A DNA stretch of 64,000 bases, taken from an uncultured Chloroflexia bacterium (GTDB taxonomy: Bacteria; Chloroflexota; Limnocylindria; Limnocylindrales; CSP1-4). Numbering within the stretch: position 1 is the stretch's first letter; every line of letters starts with the position of its first letter. Shown one piece after another: positions 10,716 to 19,006 of this stretch. The DNA lies in contig CAWFXA010000002.1 of NCBI GenBank assembly GCA_963819655.1, forward strand, positions 1,056,001-1,120,000, given 5' to 3'. A program made the translations under genes and the position numbers. The notes under the pieces were generated by a model. It ran no database searches. It was given only the letters and a program-made list of their open reading frames with translations, and was not told the origin of the DNA.

Positions 10716-12820
10716 CGCACGCATACGCGCTCGACGGGGTCCCGGCAGCGACGCTCGACGAGGCCGTCGCGCTCGTCGGCGGCAAGGCCGCGAACCTCGG
10801 CGTGATGACCCGCGAGCTCCACCTGCCGGTCCCGCCCGGGTTCGTGATCACGACGGTGACATGCCGGACGTTCCTGGCCGATGGATGGCCGGATGGTCTT
10901 GACGAAGCGGTTCGCCGGGAGATGGCCGCGGTCGAAATCGCGGTCGGGCGGCGCTTCGGCGACCCTGGCGATCCGCTGCTGGTCAGCGTGCGGTCGGGGG
11001 CGCCGGTTTCGATGCCGGGGATGATGGATACGATCCTCAATCTGGGACTCAACGACGCGACCACGCGGGGGCTGGGTGCGGTGGCCCGTGACGATGGGTT
11101 CGCCGAGGGATGCCGGGCGCGTTTCGTCGATTCCTTCCGCCTGATCGTCGGGGTCGTGGACGTGCCGGACGACCCGTGGGCCCAGCTCCGGCTTGCGATC
11201 GAGGCAGTCTTCCGTTCGTGGCACAGCGATCGGGCGCGCGCCTATCGCGAGAAGGAGGGTATCTCGCACGATCTCGGGACCGCCGTGACTGTGCAGGCGA
11301 TGGTGTTCGGCAACCGTGGCGCCGACTCGGCGACCGGCGTCGTCTTCACCCGCAACCCGGCCACCGGCGAACCGGCTCTCTACGGAGACGTGCTGTTCGA
11401 CGCCCAGGGCGAGGACGTCGTCGCCGGCACCCACCAGACCGAACCGATCGCTGTGCTCGATACGCGGCTGCCGGCAGTGGCCCGCGAGCTGCGCGCTGCC
11501 GCCGAGCGGCTCGAGCGCCACTACGCCGACCTGTGCGACATCGAGTTCACCGTCGAAGCCGGGACGCTTTGGCTGCTCCAGGTGCGGGTCGGCAAGCGTT
11601 CGCCGCAGGCGGCGCTGCGGATCGCGGTCGACATGGCGCAGGACGAGGCGTTCCCGTTGACGCGCGCGGAAGCGGTCCGGCGCGTCCTTCCGTTGCTGGC
11701 CGACCCGCCGAGGATCGCGACGGGCCGCGCCTCGGAGGCTCCCGCGCTGACGACGGGCCTTGCCGCATCACCGGGTGTGGCGAGCGGGCCGATCGCCACA
11801 GATCCGGAGGCGGCCGTGGCATCGGCAGACGCCGGCACACCGGCGATCCTTGTCCGCGCCCAGACCTCGCCCGACGACGTCCACGGCATGGCGAAGGCGG
11901 CCGGCATCCTGACGTCGCGCGGCGGGCTTGCGAGCCACGCGGCGGTGGTGGCTCGCGGCTGGGGCATCCCCGCCGTCGTCGGCGCGGAGTCGGTGGAGGT
12001 CGGTGACGGTGAGATCCGGATCGATGGGCGTGTCGTCCGCGCCGGCGATGTCATCACGATCGACGGTGGCACCGGCGAGGTCTTCGAGGGCAAGGTCGAT
12101 GGCTCGACCGTGATCGCGCCAGAGGCCGCGACGCTGCTCGCTTGGGCGCGTGAAGCTGGCGTCGACGTCGCACCGAGCGTCCGGCGCGAACCTGCGTCCC
12201 GAACACTTCCAGTAGACGCCGATCGCGTCCTGCGAGCCGTTGCCATCAAGGGCTTCGCGACGACCCAGGGGATCGCCGACGCGGTCCTCGCGACTCCCGA
12301 CGCCGTGCGACCCGTGCTCGAGGGACTTACGCGCGACGCCCTGATCGAGTTCGCCGCCGATGCCTTCAAGCTGACGCCCGCCGGCCGCGAGCGTGCCGAC
12401 GAGCTGTTGACTGCCGAGCGTGAGGCGTGGGGCGTCGACAGCGCCGCCGCAGCACTCGACGCCTTCCTCGACATCGACCATCGCGTGAAGGAGGTCGTCA
12501 CCGCCTGGCAGCTGCGCGACGACCAGACGGTCAACGACCACAGTGACCCGGCGTACGACGCCGACGTGCTCGACCGGCTCGCCGCGATCCACGCGGACGC
12601 GGTGGCCTGCCTCGAACCGAACGAACCGAAGCTCCCGCGTCTCGGCGACTACCGCGCTCGACTCACGCGCGCGCTCGAGGCCGTCCAGGCCGGCGACAGC
12701 CGGTACGTCGCCTCACCCCGCGTCGACAGCTACCACGGCACCTGGTTCGAGCTGCATGAGGATCTGATCCAGCTCGCCGGCCGAACCCGCGAGGAAGAAT
12801 CTGCCGCCGGCCGTGCATGA
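10712..12820 (+). CDS. Truncated PPDK-like protein (ATP-grasp + His swivel, no pyruvate-binding barrel) fused to a wHTH/helical C-terminal domain
   Basis: GGKAANL, VSVRSGA..SMPGMMDT, VQAMVFGN, AQGEDVVAG, GGLASHAAVVAR; C-terminal domain ends DSYHGTWFELHEDLI. Confidence 0.88.
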   Translation: MTHAYALDGVPAATLDEAVALVGGKAANLGVMTRELHLPVPPGFVITTVTCRTFLADGWPDGLDEAVRREMAAVEIAVGRRFGDPGDPLLVSVRSGAPVSMPGMMDTILNLGLNDATTRGLGAVARDDGFAEGCRARFVDSFRLIVGVVDVPDDPWAQLRLAIEAVFRSWHSDRARAYREKEGISHDLGTAVTVQAMVFGNRGADSATGVVFTRNPATGEPALYGDVLFDAQGEDVVAGTHQTEPIAVLDTRLPAVARELRAAAERLERHYADLCDIEFTVEAGTLWLLQVRVGKRSPQAALRIAVDMAQDEAFPLTRAEAVRRVLPLLADPPRIATGRASEAPALTTGLAASPGVASGPIATDPEAAVASADAGTPAILVRAQTSPDDVHGMAKAAGILTSRGGLASHAAVVARGWGIPAVVGAESVEVGDGEIRIDGRVVRAGDVITIDGGTGEVFEGKVDGSTVIAPEAATLLAWAREAGVDVAPSVRREPASRTLPVDADRVLRAVAIKGFATTQGIADAVLATPDAVRPVLEGLTRDALIEFAADAFKLTPAGRERADELLTAEREAWGVDSAAAALDAFLDIDHRVKEVVTAWQLRDDQTVNDHSDPAYDADVLDRLAAIHADAVACLEPNEPKLPRLGDYRARLTRALEAVQAGDSRYVASPRVDSYHGTWFELHEDLIQLAGRTREEESAAGRA

Positions 12821-12853
12821 ATGGAGGGAGACGCCCGGCCTAGCATTGTGGCC

Positions 12854-13180
12854 ATGACTCCCTCGCCCGCCCGACCGGTCATCACCGATGCGACCGCGCG
12901 CGAGCGCTATGAGGCCCACGTCGACGGCGAGCTCGCGGGCGTTCTCGAGTACATCGTCAAACGCGGCCGGATCGCCCTCATCCACACGGAGGTGCTGCCC
13001 GACCACGAGGGCCAGGGCGTGGGGTCCGCACTGGTCCGCTTCGCGCTCGAGGACGCCCGCCGACGCGAGCTGCGGGTCATCGCGACCTGTCCATACGTTC
13101 AGGCCTATCTGTCACGCCACCCCGAGGACGACGACATCGTCGTCGGTCGGTCCGCCCCGTCGCCTGACTCGGTGTCCTGA
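12854..13180 (+). CDS. Small GNAT N-acetyltransferase (YjdJ-like)
   Basis: HTEVLPDHEGQGVGSALVR...IATCPYV. Confidence 0.85.
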   Translation: MTPSPARPVITDATARERYEAHVDGELAGVLEYIVKRGRIALIHTEVLPDHEGQGVGSALVRFALEDARRRELRVIATCPYVQAYLSRHPEDDDIVVGRSAPSPDSVS

Positions 13181-13236
13181 AAACGACAGCGTCCTGCAAC
13201 CTTGGGCACAGGGTGTCGGCGGGGAGGCGGCCACCA

Positions 13237-13335
13237 GTCGCGGTCGCTAACGGCCTCCCGCTCTACACGTGCAACCCGGGCGACTTCGCCGGCATCGACG
13301 ACTTGACCATCCGAGCGGTTCCTGCTGCCGATTGA
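13237..13335 (+). pseudogene. 3' remnant of a VapC-like PIN toxin gene
   Basis: Translates VAVANGLPLYTCNPGDFAGIDDLTIRAVPAAD*, resembling the PIN C-terminal motif; no start codon or N-terminal part. Confidence 0.6.
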
Positions 13336-13395
13336 TGGCCCAGACCGGAGCTCTCTGGTGCGCTCTCGTTCGATCGAGGCAGGTAAACGGCGTCC

Positions 13396-14283
13396 TCAGC
13401 TGCCCTGCTCGTATCCCGTGGCCGTGAGCTTGTCCCAGAGCGTGCCGGCGTTCTTGGTCTGGATGTGATCCATCATGTAGCCCTGTCCGACGTCGACCGG
13501 GCCGAAGACGTCATCGAACCGGATCCGCTCGACGGTCTCCTGGCGCGTCCAGCCCTTGGCCACGGCGTCGGCGACCGCGGCCTTCCACGCCAGTAGCACC
13601 GCCCGTTGCCGATCCACGGCTTCTAGCGTCGTCACCGGCCCGTGGCCCGGGACGAGGCGATCGACGTCCAGTTGCCGGATCCGCTCCAGTGCCTCCAGCC
13701 ATTGGTCGACGTTCGAGGTCATCAGCCAGGTCTGGACCTGATTGAAGATCGTGTCGCCGGTGAACACGACCCGCTCCTCCGGGATATGGACCGCTAGCTG
13801 GCCGGGCGTATGCCCCGGCGTCCACAGGCAGTGGAACGTATGGTCGCCGACGCGTAGCGTGAGGTCCCCGGTGAACACGATCGTCCCCTTGTTCGGGTCC
13901 TCGTAGTAGACCTCGCGGTCCGGGATGAGCGGAGCGGCGTCGGGGTCGTCGGTCGGGATCGCCTCGAGCGCGTACGCGAACGGATCGAGCTCGGCGTTCG
14001 GATCCATGAAGTTGTCGTACAACCCCTGGTTCATGACGACCTCGACGCCCTTGAACCAGTAGTTGCCGAAGATGTGGTCGACGTGGTGCTCGGTGTTGAT
14101 GAGGTAGCGGATCGGGCCGTGGAGCTCGGCCTTGGCGCGCATCGCGACCGCGCGAGTCGGGAGCTGGGGCGTGTCGACCACGACGACGCCGTCCGACGTC
14201 ACGACGAAGCTGGGGTTGCAGCCGCGCAGCTTGGTCGTGGTGAAGACGTTCGGAGTCACCTGCTCCATGTCGATGGTGGTCAT
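13396..14283 (-). CDS. MBL-fold metallo-hydrolase (cyclase-like)
   Basis: NTEHHVDHIFGN, PGHTPG, FTGD, VPGHG; ATGA overlap with the SDR. Confidence 0.88.
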   Translation of the reverse strand: MTTIDMEQVTPNVFTTTKLRGCNPSFVVTSDGVVVVDTPQLPTRAVAMRAKAELHGPIRYLINTEHHVDHIFGNYWFKGVEVVMNQGLYDNFMDPNAELDPFAYALEAIPTDDPDAAPLIPDREVYYEDPNKGTIVFTGDLTLRVGDHTFHCLWTPGHTPGQLAVHIPEERVVFTGDTIFNQVQTWLMTSNVDQWLEALERIRQLDVDRLVPGHGPVTTLEAVDRQRAVLLAWKAAVADAVAKGWTRQETVERIRFDDVFGPVDVGQGYMMDHIQTKNAGTLWDKLTATGYEQGS

Positions 14284-15065
14284 TGCGTGGCTGTCAGCCC
14301 GCCATCGATGCCGAGCACCTGCCCGGTCACGAATGACGCGGCGTCCGACACGAGGAAGATCGCTGGTCCGACGATGTCGCTCGTTTCGCCGACGCGGCCC
14401 AGCGGGATTCGGCCGACGATGCCGGCCTTGAACACCGGGTCCTCGAGCAGCGTCGCGACCTGGGGCGTGTCGACGAAGGTCGGCATGATCGCGTTGACCC
14501 GGATGCCGTGCTTCGCCCACTCGGTCGCCCATTGGCGAGTCAGCGACGAGATCGCGCCCTTCGCGGCGACGTAGGCCGAGTAGCCCGCGTTGATCCCAAG
14601 GTTGGCGCGGACCGACGAGATGTTCAGGATCCTGCCGCCCTCGCCCTGTTCGATCATGGCGCGCGCGACGGGCTGGGTCGCCACTAGCGTGCTCCGGACG
14701 TTGAGCTCCATGATCCAGTCCCATGCGTCGCGCGGGTAGGCCTCCGCGGGGTGGAGCACCTTGCCGGCGCCGCCGCCGACCGCGTTGACCAGGATGTCGA
14801 TGCGGCCGAAGCGATCGATCGTCTCGTCGACCATCCGCTCGGCGTCGGCCTCGTTCGTCGCGTCACCCGTGACGGCGAGACCCTTGGAGCCGGCTGATTC
14901 GACCCGTTCCACCGCGGCCCGGAGCGGCTCGGCGTTCCGACCCGCCACCGCGACGAGGGCTCCGGCCTGCGCCAGGGCCTCGGCGATGGGCGCCCCGATG
15001 CCGCCCCCGCCGCCCGGGATCAGGGCGACCCGGCCCTGCAGGCTGAACATGTCGAGTTGGGCCAT
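14280..15065 (-). CDS. SDR oxidoreductase (gluconate 5-dehydrogenase/KduD-like)
   Basis: GGGGGIG, YVAAK, FVTGQVLGIDGG. Confidence 0.88.
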   Translation of the reverse strand: MAQLDMFSLQGRVALIPGGGGGIGAPIAEALAQAGALVAVAGRNAEPLRAAVERVESAGSKGLAVTGDATNEADAERMVDETIDRFGRIDILVNAVGGGAGKVLHPAEAYPRDAWDWIMELNVRSTLVATQPVARAMIEQGEGGRILNISSVRANLGINAGYSAYVAAKGAISSLTRQWATEWAKHGIRVNAIMPTFVDTPQVATLLEDPVFKAGIVGRIPLGRVGETSDIVGPAIFLVSDAASFVTGQVLGIDGGLTATQ

Positions 15066-15170
15066 GCGGCCTCCTTCCGAAGTTCGAGCGTAGTGGCGCC
15101 CCCATCGTCGCGTCAAAACGCGAGTCCGGGCGTGCGGCCCCGTCGGCAGGCTCGGCGTACGATCGCGTTG

Positions 15171-15887
15171 ATGTCCGTCGCGGCCCCATCGATCGGGATC
15201 CTTCGAGAGCGGCATCTGCACGCGTCCTTGAAACGGTGGTATGCGGAGCCCGGCGACCAGGTCGAGGTGGTCGTCGACGGGTACGTCGTGGATCTTCTCC
15301 GAGGCGAGCTGCTCATCGAGATCCAGACGCGTGGATTTGCCGGGATGCGGCCGAAGGTCCTCGCGCTGCTTGGGGCCGGCCACCAGATCCGGGTCGTCCA
15401 TCCGATCGCGGTCGACCGGTGGATCGTGCAGGTGGATGACGATGGGCAATTCCTCGGCCGCCGGCGCTCGCCGCGCCACGGCGATCTCGTCGACCTGGCC
15501 GCGGAGTTGGTGACCTTTCCGGAGCTCCTCGACGATCCCGGGTTCGAGATCGAGGTGCTGCTGACCCGAGAGGAGGAGGTCCGGCGCCACGACCCCAGGC
15601 GGTGCTGGCGTCGCCGCGGCTGGACCGTGGTCGAGCGCCGCCTGATCGAGGTGCTGGATCGGATCACCCTGGCGCGGCCTGGCGACCTCACGCGCTGGCT
15701 CCCCGAGACGCTTTCGGAGCCGTTCACGACGGCCGAGCTGGCCGTCGCGCTCCATCGGCCCCGACGCACCGCGCAGCAGATGACCTACTGCCTGCGTCGG
15801 CTCGGCCTCATCGAGGCGATCGGCACGCGGGACCGCTCGGCCGCGTATCGCCTCGTCCCACGGGAGGCTCCGGGCGACGTACTATAG
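15171..15887 (+). CDS. Hypothetical protein, possible PD-(D/E)XK nuclease fold with C-terminal HTH
   Basis: H..LK...E..VDGYVVD.....IEIQT pattern; C-terminal FTTAELAVAL...AQQMTYCLR. Confidence 0.6.
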   Translation: MSVAAPSIGILRERHLHASLKRWYAEPGDQVEVVVDGYVVDLLRGELLIEIQTRGFAGMRPKVLALLGAGHQIRVVHPIAVDRWIVQVDDDGQFLGRRRSPRHGDLVDLAAELVTFPELLDDPGFEIEVLLTREEEVRRHDPRRCWRRRGWTVVERRLIEVLDRITLARPGDLTRWLPETLSEPFTTAELAVALHRPRRTAQQMTYCLRRLGLIEAIGTRDRSAAYRLVPREAPGDVL

Positions 15888-15939
15888 AAAACCATTACCG
15901 CCCACGTTCTGAACGACTGACGTCACCACGGAGAGGGGC

Positions 15940-16875
15940 ATGGCGCTGAACCTCGACGGGCTCATCCCGGCCACCGTCCTGCCGATGCATGGCGACGGGA
16001 GCATCGACGAACCCGCCCTCAGGACGTATATCGCCTGGGTCGTCGAACAGGGGCCGGTCGCTCTGGCGATCAACGTCGACACCGGCGAGGGACCGCATCT
16101 CACCCACGACGAGAAGGTCCGCATCATCCAGATCGTCCGCAACGTCACGGACACCCCCATCGTGGCCGGGCTGGCCGGCCCATCGACGGACGCGGCCGTC
16201 CGCCAGGCCCGCGACTTCCAGGCCGCCGGCGCCGACGCGCTCCTCGTCTTCCCGATCCCGGCCTACCTGAGCCAGCCGCTCGATCCGCGGATCCCGGTCG
16301 CCTATCACAGGGCGATCGCGGAGGTCGGGCTGCCGCTCATCCTCTTCCAGCTGCAACCCGCCCTCGCGGGCGTGAACTACGAGGCCGACGTCCTCGAGGC
16401 GATGGCCCTGGTCGATGGCGTCGTCGCGATCAAGGAGGCGTCCTTCGACGCACGCCGGTTCGTCGATACCGCCCGGCTGCTCGAGCAGCTCCCGAAGAAG
16501 ATCACCCTCCTCACCGGCAACGACAACTTCATCCTCGAGTCGTTCCTGCTGGGCGCGACCGGCGCCCTCATCGGTTTCGGCGCGGTCATGACCCGTGAGC
16601 AGGTCGACATGATCCGCGCGTGGCAGGAAGGTCGGACCGACGAAGCGATGGCGCTCGGCAGACGCGTCCAGCGGCTGGCCGACGTCGTGTTCGCTGCGCC
16701 GGTCGGCGACTATCGGGTCCGGCTCAAGGAGTGCCTGCGCATCCTCGGCGTGCTCGAGTTCGCGACCGTCCGGCAGCCGCTCCTGCCGATCTCCGACGCC
16801 GAGCGCGAGCACCTCACGGCCGTCCTGAAGGAGGTCGGCCTGCTCGCGCCGACCAACGCCCCCGCGCTCGTCTGA
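15940..16875 (+). CDS. DHDPS/N-acetylneuraminate lyase family aldolase/dehydratase
   Basis: GLIPATVLP...GSIDE, DTGEG, AIKEAS Schiff-base Lys, LTGND. Confidence 0.88.
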   Translation: MALNLDGLIPATVLPMHGDGSIDEPALRTYIAWVVEQGPVALAINVDTGEGPHLTHDEKVRIIQIVRNVTDTPIVAGLAGPSTDAAVRQARDFQAAGADALLVFPIPAYLSQPLDPRIPVAYHRAIAEVGLPLILFQLQPALAGVNYEADVLEAMALVDGVVAIKEASFDARRFVDTARLLEQLPKKITLLTGNDNFILESFLLGATGALIGFGAVMTREQVDMIRAWQEGRTDEAMALGRRVQRLADVVFAAPVGDYRVRLKECLRILGVLEFATVRQPLLPISDAEREHLTAVLKEVGLLAPTNAPALV

Positions 16876-18488
16876 TGGCCGAGGAGCCCGCGGACGTCCT
16901 GATCATCGGTGCCGGCGCGTCCGGCGGGGTGGTCGCGAAGCGCCTCTCGGAATCCGGTTTCGGCGTCGTCTGCCTCGAGCAGGGCGAGTGGCTCGACCGC
17001 GCGGACTACCCGGGCAACAAGCTCGACTGGGAGCTCAAGGCGCGCAAGGACTGGGCGACAAGCCCGAATATCCGCGGGCTGGCGCAGGACTACCCGATCG
17101 TCGAGGATGACACGCCTGTCTCGCCGCTCATGTACAACGCCGTGGGCGGCTCGACGATCATCTTCGCGGGCGCCTGGCCACGCGCGCTGCCGTCCGATTT
17201 CCGCGTCCGATCGCTCGACGGCGTCGCCGATGACTGGCCGATCGACTACTTCGAGCTGCTGCCGTACTTCTACAGGACCGACCGCGATTTTGGCGTGTCG
17301 GGGCTGCCGGGCGATCCGGCCTACCCGCCCGATACCGAGGACGCGCCCATGCCGCCGCTCCCGATCGGGTCGGCCGGGCTCAAGGTCGCGCGCGGCATGA
17401 CCAAGCTCGGTTGGCACTGGTGGCCGGAGTTCAATTCGATCAACTCGGTCGCCTATGACGGCCGCCGGCCGTGTGTCCAGCGCAGCACCTGCCAGTCCGG
17501 CTGCAATGAGGGCGCCAAGGCCTCGACCGACCTGACCCACTGGCCCAAGGCCATCGCCAGGGGCGCGCGCCTCGTGACGGGCGCACGCGTGCGGCGCATC
17601 GAGACCGACGCCAAGGGCCTGGCGACCGGCGCCACCTGGATCGACGCCGACGGGGCCGACCATTTCCAGCCGGCGAAAGTCGTCGTCGTGGCGGCCAACG
17701 CGATCGGGACGCCCCGGCTGTTGTTGCTCTCCTCGAGCCCCCAGCACCCGGACGGCCTCGCCAACTCATCCGGCCTGGTCGGCAAGCGGCTGATGATGCA
17801 TCCGTTCGCCAATGTCGCGGGCCTGTTCGAGGAGCCGCTGATGAGCTGGCAAGGGCAGTTCGGCGACCTCATCGAGTCGCTCGAGTTCTACGAGACCGAC
17901 GAGAAGCGCGGGTTCGTCCGCGGCGCGCGTTGGGGTCTCGCCCCGACCGGCGGCCCGATCAACACCGCGCTCCCGAGCCGGGCCGGTGAGCAGATCTGGG
18001 GCGCCGAGCACCACGCCCACGTCCGGACGCACCTCGGCCACGGGGCGAACTGGGGTCTCTTCGCCGAGGACCTGCCCGACGAGGCGAACCACATCACGAT
18101 CTCGTCGACGGTCACCGACTCGTCGGGGATCCCGGCGCCCGAGGTCCACTACGCGATGGCCGACAACGCGCGCCGCATGCTCGATTTCCACATCGAGCGA
18201 GCGACGGAATCGATGGAGGCTGCTGGCGCCTACAAGATCGAGGTCGACCGGCTGATGCGGTACTCCGGCTGGCACCTCCTTGGGACGGCGCGGATGGGCG
18301 ACGACCCGACGACGTCCGTGCTGGATCGTTGGAACCGGGCCCACGACGTCCCGAACCTCTACGTCGTCGACGGCTCGTGCTTTGTCACGTCGTCGGGCGT
18401 GAACCCGACGTCCACGATCGTGTCGATCGCCCTGCGAGCAGCCGACCACATGGTCGAGACGCGCTTCGAGCAGCAGGTGCCGGTATGA
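16875..18488 (+). CDS. GMC-family FAD oxidoreductase (sugar dehydrogenase large-subunit type)
   Basis: IIGAGASGG, CVQRSTCQSGC Cys cluster, HLLGTARMG, NPTSTI. Confidence 0.9.
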   Translation: MAEEPADVLIIGAGASGGVVAKRLSESGFGVVCLEQGEWLDRADYPGNKLDWELKARKDWATSPNIRGLAQDYPIVEDDTPVSPLMYNAVGGSTIIFAGAWPRALPSDFRVRSLDGVADDWPIDYFELLPYFYRTDRDFGVSGLPGDPAYPPDTEDAPMPPLPIGSAGLKVARGMTKLGWHWWPEFNSINSVAYDGRRPCVQRSTCQSGCNEGAKASTDLTHWPKAIARGARLVTGARVRRIETDAKGLATGATWIDADGADHFQPAKVVVVAANAIGTPRLLLLSSSPQHPDGLANSSGLVGKRLMMHPFANVAGLFEEPLMSWQGQFGDLIESLEFYETDEKRGFVRGARWGLAPTGGPINTALPSRAGEQIWGAEHHAHVRTHLGHGANWGLFAEDLPDEANHITISSTVTDSSGIPAPEVHYAMADNARRMLDFHIERATESMEAAGAYKIEVDRLMRYSGWHLLGTARMGDDPTTSVLDRWNRAHDVPNLYVVDGSCFVTSSGVNPTSTIVSIALRAADHMVETRFEQQVPV

Positions 18489-19006
18489 CGGATCGCATGG
18501 ACACCGGGGAGCGAGCGACCCTCGCGGCGATCGCCGACCACTTCATCCCGGCAGCGGACGGCATGCCGTCGGCGGCGGACATCCTGACCGACGATCGGCT
18601 CGCGTTCGTTGTTCGCGCTCGCCCCGACCTCGCGGAACCACTGAAAGATGCGCTGCGGTCGGAGCTCGGCGATGACGTTCGCGAGCGCCTCTCCGCGCTC
18701 GCCGACGAGCCGACCAACCTGGCCGCGCTCCAGCTGGCGATCGTCGGGGGCTACTACACCGACAAGCGCGTGCGGGAGCTCATCGGCTATCCGGGCCAGA
18801 TGGCGCTCGAGCTGCGGTCGTGGGAGTACCCCGCCTACCTTGAAGAAGGGCTGATCGACGCCGTGCTCGCTCGCGGCCCCGTCTGGCGTGACCCGTCGAC
18901 CGGCCGGCGAGCCGTCACGACGGATTCGCCACGTACCTACGCAGAACGCTGGTCGGGCGGTGCCGAGTCGCCCGAAGGAGGACGAGATGGCCGCGATCGC
19001 ACCTGA
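18485..19006 (+). CDS. Gluconate 2-dehydrogenase subunit 3-like partner
   Basis: TLAAIADHFIPAADGMPSA and GGYYTD...IGYPG; ATGA-coupled to the GMC gene. Confidence 0.75.
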   Translation: MTDRMDTGERATLAAIADHFIPAADGMPSAADILTDDRLAFVVRARPDLAEPLKDALRSELGDDVRERLSALADEPTNLAALQLAIVGGYYTDKRVRELIGYPGQMALELRSWEYPAYLEEGLIDAVLARGPVWRDPSTGRRAVTTDSPRTYAERWSGGAESPEGGRDGRDRT

